From Squalus acanthias (taxonomy: Eukaryota): DNA of 64,000 nt. Each line of letters begins with the position of its first letter. The stretch's first letter is position 1. Below the pieces are notes generated by a model, which worked only from the letters and a program-made list of their open reading frames with translations, made no database searches and was not told where the DNA came from. The stretch is taken from positions 124,001 to 188,000 of the forward strand of contig JASTWF010000330.1 in the NCBI GenBank assembly GCA_030390025.1. Reading direction: 5' to 3'. The position numbers were made by a program, and so were the translations under genes. This document shows, piece after piece, positions 22,480 through 33,379 of the stretch.

Positions 22480-24508
22480 GCCCCAAATGCCCTCATCTTG
22501 TCCATGAGACACACTTACTGCTCTCGGCTGACCACACAACTTCCTTGCCTGGCTCCCATGTTAGCTGATATTGTGAACAGTTCTCTCTCCTGTACAGTCC
22601 CCCTCTCCTTCAAATCTGCCTTCATCACCCCCTCAAAGAAACAACCCTTTACCCATCTGTCCTTGCGAACTACCGTCCCATCTCCAACATCCCTTTCCTC
22701 TCCAAAGTCTTTGAACGTATTGTCGCCTCCCAAATTTGTGCCATTTTCCCCAGAACTCCAAGTTTGAATCTCTCCAATCAGGTTTCCATCCCTGCCACAG
22801 TACAGAAACGGCTCTTAAAGTCACAAATGACATCCTATGTGACTGTGACAAAGGTAACCTCTCCTTCCTCATCCTTCTCGACCTGTCTGCAGCCTCTGAT
22901 ACTGTTGACCACACCATCCTCCTCCAACGCCTCTCCACTGTCGTCCAGCTGGGTGAGATTGACTCGCTGACCTACAATGGCTCCCGGTTAAGCAATGCCT
23001 CGATTTCAGAATTCTCCTCCATGTTTTCGAATCCTTCCATGGCCTCGCCCCTTCCTATCTCTGTAATCTCCTCCAGCCCCAAAAAGCCCTCCACCCCCAA
23101 CCCCACCCCCCGAGATATCTGCGCTCCTCTAACTCTGCCCTCTTGAGCATCCCGGATTATAATCGCTCAACCATTGGTGGCCGTGCCTTCCGTTGCATAG
23201 GCCCCAAGCTCTGGAATTCCTTCTAAACCTCTCCGTCTCTCTTTCCTCCTTGAAGACGCTCCTTAAAATCTACCTCTTTGACCAAGCTTTTGGTCAGGTG
23301 CCCTCATATCTCATGTTGCTTGGTGTCAAATTTGTTTTGTCTTATAATACTCATGTGAAGCGCCATGGGACGTTTTACTACGTTAAAGGCACTATATAAA
23401 TACTAGTTATTGTTGACAGCACTCGCCTGATTCCAGTCTTATCTATCCAGTTGTAGCCAGGGCTTCTCATCTCGCTCCCGCACTGTTACTGCAGCTGTCC
23501 CCCAAGGATCTATCCTTGGCTCCCTTCTATTTCTCATCTACATGCTGCCCCTTGGCGACATCATTCGAAACTACAGCGTCAGTTTCCATATGTACGCTGA
23601 CGACACCCAGCTCTACCCTACCGCCACACCTCTCGATCCCTCGATCCGACATCCGGTACAGGATGAGCAGAAATTTTCTGCAATTAAATATTGGGAACAC
23701 CAAAGCCGTTATCTATATTCCCCGGCACAAACTCCGTTCCCTCGCCACCAACTCCGTCCTTCTCCCCAGCAACCGTCTGAGGCTGAACCAGACTGTTCGC
23801 AACCTTGGTGTCGTATTTGATCCCGAGATGAGTTTCCGACCACAAATCCGCACCATCACTAAGACTGCCCATTTCCACCTCCCGAACATCGCCCGACTCC
23901 GCCCCTGCCTCAGCTCATCTACTGATGAAACCCTCATCCATGCCTTTGTTACCTCTAGACTTGACTATTCCAACGCACTCCTGGCTGGCCTCCCACATAA
24001 ACTGAAGGTTATCCAAAACTCTGCTGGCCGTGTCCTATTACGCAGCAAGTTCCATTCACTCATCACCCCTGTGTTCGCTGACCAACATTGGCTCCCGGTT
24101 AAGCAACACCTTCATTTTAAAATTCTCATCCTTGTTTTCAACTCCCTCCACAGCCTCACCCCTCCCTATCTCCTCCAGCCGCACAACACTCCGAGATATC
24201 TGCACTCCTCTAATTCTGGCCGCTTGATCATCCCCGATTTTAATTGCTCAACTATTGGTGGCCGTGCATTCAGCGGCCAAGGCCCTAGGCTCTGGAACGC
24301 TCTCCCTTAACCTCTCCGCACTCTACCTCTCTTTACTCCTTCAAGACACTTCTTAAAACCTACCTCTTTGACCAAGCTTTTAGTCATCTGCCCTAATATC
24401 TCCTTACGTGGCGAAGGTGTCAAATTTGTTTTATAACACTCATGTGAAGCACCTTGGGACGTTTTACAGCATTACAGGCGCTATATAAATACAAATAGTT
24501 GTTGTTGT
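22480..24508 (+). mobile_element. L2 LINE 3' part (RT), split by a nested L2 fragment
   Basis: [37 protein letters not shown] and HAFVTSRLDYSNALL; tail gcgctatataaat..gttgttgttg. Confidence 0.92.
22956..23416 (+). mobile_element. Nested L2 3'-end fragment
   Basis: Has its own L2 tail ending at ~23416; the host L2 sequence resumes on the far side. Confidence 0.75.
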
Positions 24509-24910
24509 CATGTGTCCGTCCATTCCACCAGCCTGTCTCTGTCCTCTTGAAGTCTATTACTATCTTCCTCACTGTTTTCTACACTTCCAAATTTCGAGTC
24601 ACCTGCAAATTTCAAAATTGTGCCCAAGTCCAAGTCATTAATGTATATCAAAAACAGCAGTTGTCCTAGTACTGATCCCTGGGGAACACCACTGTCTACC
24701 TCCCTCCAGTCCGAAAAACAGCCACTCACCACAACACTCTGCTTTCTATCAGTTCGACAACTTTGTATCCATGCTGCTCCTGCCTCTTTTATCCCATGGG
24801 CTTCAGTTTTACTAACAAGCCGTGGTACTTCATCAAACGCCTTTTTAAAGTCCATATACACAGCATCAACTGAACAGCCCTCATCCACCCTCTCTGTTAC
24901 CCCGTCAAAA
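24509..24910 (-). mobile_element. CR1 RT internal fragment
   Basis: VDAVYMDFKKAFD..SGVPQGSVLGQLLFLIYINDLD. Confidence 0.88.
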
Positions 24911-24911
24911 T

Positions 24912-25110
24912 GATAGGAGCGAAACCATTTCCTCTAGTGGGAGAGTCCAGAAAAAGAGGGCATACCCGTTACATTGTAAATCGTCCTTTCAACGGTGATA
25001 TCAGGAAACACTTCACACAAGGCATAGTGGAAATCTTGAACTGTCACCCCAAAAAGTCTAGGATCATTTGAACAGTTCAAAACTGAGATTGATAGATTTT
25101 TGTTAGGTAA
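24912..25110 (+). mobile_element. Decayed CR1 C-terminal fragment
   Basis: tttcctctagtgggagagtccaga..aggaaacacttcacaca..gatagatttttgtta matches the CR1 3' region. Confidence 0.65.
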
Positions 25111-26281
25111 CATAGAAACATAGAAGATAAGAGCAGGAGTAGGCCATTCGGCCCCTCGAGCCTGCTCCGCCATTCGATGAGATCATGGCTGATCATCCAA
25201 ATTCAGTGCCCTGTCCCTGCCTTCTCCCCATATCCCTTGATACATTTAGCCTTAAGAATATATCTAACTCCTTCTTGAATATATTTACTGACATGGCCTC
25301 AACTGCCTTCTGTGGTAGAGAATTCCACAGGTTCACCACTCTCTGGGTGAAGAAATTCCTCCTCATCTCAGTGCTAAATGGCTTACCCCTTATCCTTAGA
25401 CTGTGACCTCTTGTTCTGGACTCACATGACATGGGGATCATTCTAGCTGCATCCAGTCTGTCTAGCCCTGTTAGAATTTTATAAGTTTCAATGAGATCTC
25501 CTCTCATTCTTCGAAACTCCAGCGAGTATAAGCCCAATCGACCCAATCTCTCCTCGTACGTCATGCCTGCCATCCCGGGTATCAGTCTGGTGAATCTTCG
25601 CTGCACACCCTCCATGGCAAGAACATCCTTCCTCAGATAAGGCGACCAAAACTGAACACAATACTCAAGGTGTGGTCTCACCAAGGCGCTGTACAGCTGC
25701 AGCAAGACATCCGTGTTCCTGTACTCAAGCCCTCTCGCTACGAAGGCCAACATACCATTTGCCTTCTTAACCGCCTGCTGTACTTGCATACTTACCTTCA
25801 GCGACTGGTGCACAAGGACACCCAGGTCTCGTTGCACTTCCCCTTCTCCCAATTTATTACCGTTCAGACAATAATCTGCCTTTCTGTTTTTGCCACCAAA
25901 GTGGATAACCTCGCATTTATCCACATTATACTGCATCTGCCATGCTTCTGCCCAATCACCCAACCTTTCCAAATCATACTGGAGTTTCTAGGCATCCTCC
26001 TCGCAGCACACATGCCCACTCAGCATTGTGTCATCTGCAAACTTAGAGATATTACATCTAGTTCCCTCGTCTAGATCATTAATATATATTGTGAATAGCT
26101 GGGGTCCTAGCACCGAACCCTGCGGTACCCGACTAGTCACTGCCTGCCGCTCGGAAAAAGACCCGTTTATTGCAACTCTTTGTTTCCTGTCTGCCAACCA
26201 GTTCTCTATCCAAGTCAGTACCTTGCCCCCAATCCCATGTGCCTTAACTTTTCACGTTAATCTCTTATGCGGGACCTTATC
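25111..26281 (-). mobile_element. Young CR1 3' fragment
   Basis: 259-aa RT C-terminal ORF and (tttctatg)n tail. Confidence 0.95.
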
Positions 26282-27133
26282 GATAAAATTACAAAGTGAT
26301 ATTGATAGATTAAGTGAATGGGCAAAACTGTAGCAAATTGATTTCAATGTAGGCAAATGTGAGGTCATCCACTTTGGAACTAAAAAGGATACAGCAGGAT
26401 ACTTTCTAAATGGTGAAAAGCTAAAATCAGTGAATGTCCAAAGAGACTTGGGGGTCCAGGTACATAGATCATTAAAATGTCATGAACAGGTACAGAAAAT
26501 AATCAAAAAGGCTAATGGAATGCTGGCTTTTATGTCTAGAGGACTAGAGTACAGAGGGGTAGAAGTTATGCTGCTGCTGTACAAAGCCCTGGTTAGACCA
26601 CACCTGGAGTATTGTGAGCAGTTCTGGGCCCCGCACCATGGGAAGGATATATTGGCCTTGGAGGGAGTGCAGCCTAGGTTTACCAGAATGATGCCCGGAC
26701 TCCAAGGGTTGCGTCGAGGAGAGATTACATAAACTAGGGTTGTATTCCCTAGAATTTAGAAGGTTAAGGGGTGATCTGATTGAAGTTTTCAAGATATCAT
26801 GGGGAACAGATAGGGTAGAGAGAGAGAAACTATTTCCGCTGGTTGGAAATTCTAGGACTCGGGCGGCATAGTCTAAAAATTAGAGCCAGACCTTTCAGGA
26901 GTGAAATTAGGAAACGCTTCTACACACAATGGGTGGTAGAAGTTTGGAACTCTCTTCCGCAAATGGCAAGTGATGCTAGATCAATTGTTAATTTTAAATC
27001 GGAGATTGATAGCTTTTTGTTAACTAAAGGTAGTAAAGGATATGGGCCAATGTGCAGATCAGCCATGATCTCATTGAATGGTGGAACAGGCTCAAGGGGC
27101 TCGATGGCACTACTCCTGTTCCTATGTTTCTAT
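26282..27133 (+). mobile_element. CR1 3' fragment
   Basis: KLQSDIDRLSEWA, YKALVRPHLEYC and tail gaatggtggaacaggctc..cctatgtttctatg. Confidence 0.92.
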
Positions 27134-27357
27134 GGAGCAGTCGCCGTGACTGGTGAACTATTCCAAGTCGATTCAGTTGCTGTGGGTTTGCAGGAGTTGT
27201 TTGCTGCTGTTAAATACCACAATAAATTAATCAGATTGCACCAATTGAAATAGAAAATTCAGCACTTTCTGGGGAGGTGAATGGCCCAGACACATTGTTA
27301 CTGAACAGTATTTAGAAAGGAACAGAACAAGGGAAAGGTGGATTAGATAACCTCACA

Positions 27358-29152
27358 GCCTTGCAGTCAGAATCAGGGGAATTTATAATGGGGAACAAAG
27401 AAATGGCTGACCAATTAAATACATACTTTGGTTCTGTCTTCACAAAGGAGGACACAAATAACCTCCCAGAGATGTCGGGGAACATAGAGTCTAATGATAG
27501 GGAGGAATTGAATGAAATCAGTGTTTGTAGGGAAATGGTGTTAGGGAAATTGATGGGATTGAAGGCCGATAAATCCCCAGGGCCTGATAATCTACATCCT
27601 AGGGTACTGAAGGAAGTGGCCCTAGAAATAGTAGATGCATTGCTGGTAATCTTCCAAAATTCTGTAGACTCTGGAACAGTTCCCATGGATTGGAGGGTAG
27701 CTAATGTAACCCCACTATTTAAAAAAAGTGGGAGAGAAAAAATGGGGGATTATAAGCCTAACATCGGTAGTGGGGAAAATGCTAGAGTCCATTATAAAAG
27801 ATGTAATAGAAGAGCACTTGGAAAACAGTGACAGGATTGGACAAAGTCAACATGGATTTACAAAAGGTAAATCATGCTTGACTAATCTACTGGAATTTTT
27901 TGAGGATGTAACTGGTAGAATAGATAAGGGAGAACAAGTAGATGTGGTGTATTTGGACTTTCAGAAGGCTTTCGATAAGGTACCGCATAAGAGATTGGCG
28001 TGCAAAGTTAAAGCACATGGGATTGGGGGTAAGGTACTGACTTGGATAGAGAACTGGTTGGCAGACAGGAAGCAAAGAGTTGGAATAAACGGGTCTTTTT
28101 CCGAGTGGCAGGCAGTGACTAGTGGGGTACCGCAGGGATCGATGCTAGGAGCCCAGTTATTCACAATATATATTAATGATCTAGACGTGGGAACTAGATG
28201 TAATATCTTCAAGTTTGCAGACGACACAAAGGTGGGAAGGCGTGTGTGTTGTGAGGAGGATGCAGAGAAACTCCAGTATGATTTGGACAAGTTGGGTGAT
28301 TGGGCAGATGCATGGCAGATGCAGTATAATGTAGATAAATCCGAGGTTATCCACTTTGGTGGCAAAAACGGGAAGGCAGATTATTATCTGAACGGCAATA
28401 GATTGGGAAAAGGGGAAGTGCAATGAGACCAGGGAGTCCTTGTGCACCAGTCGCTGAAGGTAAGCATGCAGGTGCAGCAGTCTGTTAAGAAGGCTAATGG
28501 TATGTTGGCCTTCATACCGAGAGGATTCGAGTACAGGAGCAAGGATGTCTTGCTGCAGTTGTACAGGGCCTTGGTGAGACCACACCTTGAGTATTGTGTT
28601 CAGTTTTGGTCGCCTTATGTGAGGAAGGATGTTATTGCCATGGAGGGAGTGCAGCGAAGATTCACCAGACTGATACCTGGGATGGCAGGAATGACGTATG
28701 AAGAGAGATTGGGACGATTGGGCTTGTATTCGCTAGAGTTTAGAAGAATGAGAGGGGATCTCATTGAAACTTATAAAATTCTAACAGGACTAGACAGACT
28801 AGATGCAGGAAAGATGTTCCCGATGGCGGGGGAGTCCAGAACCAGGGGTCACAATCTAAGGATAAGGGGTAAGCCATTTAGGACTGAGATGAGGAGGAAT
28901 TTCTTCACCCAGAGAGTGGTGAACCTGTGGAATTCTCTACCACAGAAGGCAGTTGAGGCCAATTCATTAAATATATTCAAGAAGGAGATAGATATATTTC
29001 TTAAGGCTAAAGGGATCAAGGGATATGGGGAGAAAGCAGGGACATGCTACTGAATTTGGATGATCAGCCATGATCTCATTAAATGGCGGAGCGGGCTCGA
29101 GGGGCCGAATGGCCTACTCCTGCTCCTATCTTCTATGTTTCTATGTTTCTAT
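27358..29152 (+). mobile_element. CR1 LINE, 5'-truncated RT with a frameshift and a nonsense codon
   Basis: ORFs 27361-27831, 27728-28426 and 28442-29053; (tttctatg)n tail. Confidence 0.96.
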
Positions 29153-29895
29153 GATCATCTCCAACAAGAGAGAGTCTAAGCACTTCCCCATGACATTCAA
29201 TGGCATTATCATCGCTGAATCTGCCTGCCCCCCTCATCAATAACCTGGGGGGTCACAACTGACCAGAAACTCAACTGTACCAGCCACATTAACATTGTGC
29301 CTACTACAGCAGGTCAGCAGTTGGGAATTCTACAGCGAGTGACTCACCTCCTGTCTCCCCAGAGCCTTTCCACCACCGACATGGCACAAGCCAGGAGTGT
29401 GATGGAATGCTCTCTACTTGCCTGGAGCTCAACAAGCTTGACACCATCCAGGACAAGCGAGTCTGCTTGAGCGACAGCCTATCCACCATCATAAACATGA
29501 CCTCCCTCCACCACCGGCGTACCGTGGCTGCAGTGTGCACCATCTACAAGATGCAGTGCAGCAACTTGCCAAGGCTTCTTTGTCAGCACCTCCCAAACTC
29601 ACGACCTCTTCCACCTAGAAGGACAAGGGCAGCAGGCACATGGGAACACCACCACCTCCAAGTTCCTCTCTAAGTCACACACCATCCTGACTTGGAAATA
29701 TATCCCTGTTCCTTCATCGTCGCTGGGTCAAAAACCTGCATCTCCGACCTAACAGCACTGTGTGAGTATGTTCAATAGACGGACTGCAGCGGTTCAAGAA
29801 GGTGGCTCACCACCACCTTCTCAAAGGCAATTAGGGATGGGCAATAAATGCAGGCCTTGCCAGCGATGCCCAGATCCCAGGAACGAATAAAAAAG
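29153..29895 (+). mobile_element. 3' fragment of another non-LTR retrotransposon family (CR1/L2 group), A-tailed
   Basis: KLDTIQDK..SLHHRRTVAAVCTIYKM post-RT motif; ends gggcaataaatg..gaacgaataaaaaa. Confidence 0.75.
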
Positions 29896-30389
29896 ACTGG
29901 TTAGTTGAGGACTGGAGTCATGTCAAGATCTATGATAGAGGTTGGGTAAATGTTTTGCTGTTCTTACTGATAATTTAATTCTCAAATCAGTAGGGTTGAT
30001 AACACTGAGTTTCAGAAGTAAGATATTTATTAAGTATTCAAAAATTAAACATACATAACAGCCAATGCTTCCGACAACACCTTGCTAGATTTAGCCTGAG
30101 ATTTCAAACGTGTCACAGTCCCGAGCTCAGTGTACAGGATGATCAGATCGCAACCGAATTCCAAAGTGTCAGTTCCAACACCCACTTTTTATACCTTCTC
30201 CTTACTCCTTCCACATGACAATTCGCCTGTTTCATAGTTACATCAAGATGTATCCTGGATTATGTTTCAGTCAACGCTGATTTAAATTCTGTCCTTGTAC
30301 CTACAGATCCCTCACTCCCATGACTTGACTCACCCTCCTTAACTGTCCAATTACAGGCTCTGGTCTTTCTCAGGCAGGTTCTTATCTCG

Positions 30390-30832
30390 TCTACATTGGC
30401 TCCTGGTCTGGCAATGCCTCGATTAAAAAAATATCTCATCCTTGTTTACAAATCCCTCCATGGCCGCGCCCCCTCCCGATCTATGGAACCCCTTCCAGCT
30501 CCACAGCCATCCGCGATCTCTGCATTCCTCCAATTCAGGCCTCTTGTCCCTCCCCCCCCCCCCCCCCTCCATTTCCTTTGCCCCACCATTGGCGGTCGTG
30601 CCTTTAGCCGCCGAGGCCCACAAGCTCTGGAATTCCCACCCTAACCCCCCCCCCCCTCCTCCTGTAGGACCTTTTTAAAAACCCACCTCTTTGACCCAGC
30701 TTTTGGTCACCTGTCCTAATATCTCCTCCTGTGGCTCGCTGTCAAATTCTGTTCGATTTACGCTCCTGTGAAAGGCCTCGGGACATTTGACTATGTTAAA
30801 GGTGCTGTCTAAATGCAAGTTGTTGTTGCTGT
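30390..30832 (+). mobile_element. L2 3' fragment
   Basis: KYLILVYKSLHG..PTIGGRAFS; tail aaaggtgctgtctaaatgcaagttgttgttg. Confidence 0.85.
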
Positions 30833-30954
30833 TTTAAGGCTTCAAGGCCTCCGTTCCAATGAATGGAACCTTTCTCTCCCTCTTCGGTACAAAGGGGATG
30901 TTTTCAGCCTGTGCCGTGTTTGTGCTGAACCCTTCCTGACCCGCGTGGCGATGT

Positions 30955-31415
30955 CACATGCGGCTCAGTGGGCCGCACTCCAGCCTTCTGAGTCAGAAGG
31001 TTGTGGGTTCAAATCCCACTCCAGAGACTTGAGCACAAATATCCAGACTGGCATTCCCGCACAGTACCGAGGGAGCCCGTGGCACCGTCGGATGGTGCCT
31101 TCTTTCAGGTGAGATGTTCAGCTGAGGCCCCGTCTGCCCTATCAGCGGGACGTAAAAGAGGAGTTCTGCTCGGTGTCCTGTCCAATATCTATCCCTCAAT
31201 CAACATCGCTACAAACAGATTATCTGGCCATTAACAGATTATCTGGTCATTTACAAATTGCTGTTTGTGGGAGCTTGCTGTGTGTAGATTGGCTGCCGCG
31301 TTTCCTACATTACAACAGTGACTACAATTCAAAAAGTACCTCATTGGCTGTAAAAATCTTTGGGACGTCCAGAGGTCGTGAAAGGCGCTATATAAATGCA
31401 ATCCTTTCCTTCTTT
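30955..31415 (+). mobile_element. tRNA-derived DeuSINE (SacSINE1-like) with L2-type tail
   Basis: Head ggctcagtgg..gggttcaaatcccactcc, central Deu-like ccgaggg..gatgtt..gaggccccgtctgccc, tail aaaggcgctatataaatgca. Confidence 0.82.
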
Positions 31416-31707
31416 CTCACCCATGTCTCCGATCAACTTCTCTCATTAAACGGGTGGTTACAACCTTAGATTTGCCATCTGTTTCTCAGTGTGTGAAGAT
31501 ATTCCCATTGACGAATCTTACTTTTCCCATACAGACCCCAGCATCTGCCACCTCATTGTCTTTGATGTAATGTTTTCCTGACTGACCTGTTTGGCCACCA
31601 TCCACACCTGTGATTGCCGTGATTGTCTCTCAGCCGAGGTGTGATAAAGGGCAGTTAGAAAGATTAACTGTAATCATCTGGCAGTGTTCTCTGACTATAT
31701 ATGCTGT

Positions 31708-32148
31708 TGAGAGGTCGCACAACACCAGGTTATAGTCCAACAGTTTTATTTGAAATCACAAGCTTTCGGAGCTATCGATTTGCTCCTTCCTCAGGTGAAG
31801 TAAATTAGATACAGAATCTCCAAAGCATATATAGATGGAAAACAAAGCATGTGTACTTTACAATTGCAGACCAATAAATTAAATCATCCTGACTATCTGC
31901 CGAGGTGTGATAAAGTTAATTAAGTCAGCCAGGAAGGTACCACATCAAAGACATAGCAAGATACAACTGAGACAATGAGGTGTAGTCGCAGGGGTTCTAA
32001 CGTGTCAAAAGCTGCCGTCTGTATGTAAAACGAAAAGCTTTAACATTTTTTTACTTTTTTACTGGGAAAATTTTTACTTTTTTACTGGGAATCACATCTG
32101 TGAACAAGCTAACGACGACTCGAGTCCGGATCACGTCATGTATCGTGA
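31708..32148 (-). mobile_element. Penelope-like element B inserted in element A
   Basis: Flanked by 12-bp duplication tatatatgctgt (31696-31707 and 32149-32160); carries a hammerhead motif. Confidence 0.75.
31756..31800 (-). ncRNA. Minimal type-I hammerhead ribozyme motif (Penelope pLTR)
   Basis: Reverse complement: ucac CUGAGGA a ggagc-loop-gcucc GAAA gc UU guga. Confidence 0.7.
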
Positions 32149-32169
32149 TATATATGCTGTGCCTATATA

Positions 32170-32657
32170 AACATAGAACATGGAACAGTACAGCACAGTA
32201 CAGGCCCTTCGGCCCTCGATGTTGTGCCGAGCATTGTTCGAAACCAAGATCAAGCTATCCCACTCCCGATCATTCTGGTGTGCTCCATGTGCTTATCCAA
32301 TAACCGCTTGAAAGTTCCTAAAGTGTCCGACTCCACTATCACAGCAGGCAGTCCATTCCACACCCCAACCACTCTCTGAGTAAATAATCTACCTCGGACA
32401 TCCCTTCTATATCTCCCCCCATGCACCTTATAGTTATGCCCCCTTGTAACAGCTACATCCACCCGAGGAAATACTCTCTGAACATCCACTCTATCTCTCC
32501 CCCTCATCATCTTATAAACCTCTGTTAAGTCGCCTCTCATCCTCCTCCGCTCTAAAGAGAAAAGCCCTAGCTCCCTCAATCTTTCCTCATAAGACCTCTC
32601 CCCCAAACCAGGCAGCATCCTGGTAAATCTCCTTTGCACTCTTTCCAATGCTTCCAC
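32170..32657 (-). mobile_element. CR1 3' fragment inserted in Penelope element A
   Basis: VEALERVQRRFTRMLPG..FTQRVVGVWNGLP; tail tgttctatgtt. Confidence 0.92.
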
Positions 32658-32671
32658 GTGCATCTCTTCAC

Positions 32672-32709
32672 TTCACCTGACGAAGGAGCAGCGCTCCGAA
32701 AGCATGTGA
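32672..32709 (+). ncRNA. Minimal hammerhead motif, cleavage triplet probably mutated
   Basis: ucac CUGACGA a ggagc-a-gcgcucc GAAA gc AU guga; U16.1 is replaced by A. Confidence 0.55.
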
Positions 32710-33174
32710 TTTCAAATAAAGCTGTTGGACTATAACCTGGTGTTGTGCGACTTCTCACATTACTTCACAAAGGCTGACATTATAACAATATAAAGAAAGT
32801 CCATCACCAGCGTTACATTAGCATACTTCACATCAGTCTGATAAAAACTCTCCTGACAGAACCCTTTCTAAAACCCCGCTTAAAAATCCCATTTACACAC
32901 CTTTTACAGCAACATTTAAATCCCTTAAAAACACATTTTAAATCCCTTAAAAACACCATTTTAAACATTTTGAATCCCTTTTATACACCTTTAAAAACGC
33001 CATTAAAGACACTTTTTTACTTTCCTTTTTAAAACCTTTTATACAACTTTTTAAACCTTTTAAACACGTTTTTAAACAAAATTTTAAACCACTTTCTAAA
33101 AACATTTTATACCCCCTTTCAAAACGATTTTAAATCCCTGTTAAACACCAGACCCCACCCCAACACAAATCCAG

Positions 33175-33273
33175 TCATTTCCCTTTCTTAGTTCCAGGTT
33201 TAGCCACTTTTACATCTTCAAACTTCAGTGGGAGTTTCTTGCACGGGAGGTGGTCTTTCAACATGTCTCGTAC
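33175..33273 (-). CDS. Gene B terminal coding exon, phase 0: VRDMLKDHLPCKKLPLKFEDVKVAKPGTKKGK*
   Basis: Acceptor attcttgtccgttcccag, stop TGA. Homologous to gene A exon 17620-17715 (V..MLKD..P.....LK..DV). Confidence 0.82.
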   Translation of the reverse strand, partial: VRDMLKDHLPCKKLPLKFEDVKVAKPGTKKGK

Positions 33274-33379
33274 CTGGGAACGGACAAGAATCACCCGGTG
33301 AGGAGCGAGCGAGCATAGAGAGGGATCGCAGTTACACCACACCTTACCGAGGGCTCTCAGTAAACATCAGCGAGTCCCG

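Larger units (their letters stand above)
31545..32761 (+). mobile_element. Penelope-like non-autonomous element A, split by two nested insertions
   Basis: 31565-31707 + 32161-32168 + 32659-32761 reconstitute the uninterrupted copy at 55538-55780. Confidence 0.8.

Noticed and set aside
29921..30395. Possible solo LTR (minus-strand TATA and AATAAA)
   Set aside because: No convincing TSD or matching termini; the right edge merges with an L2 fragment.
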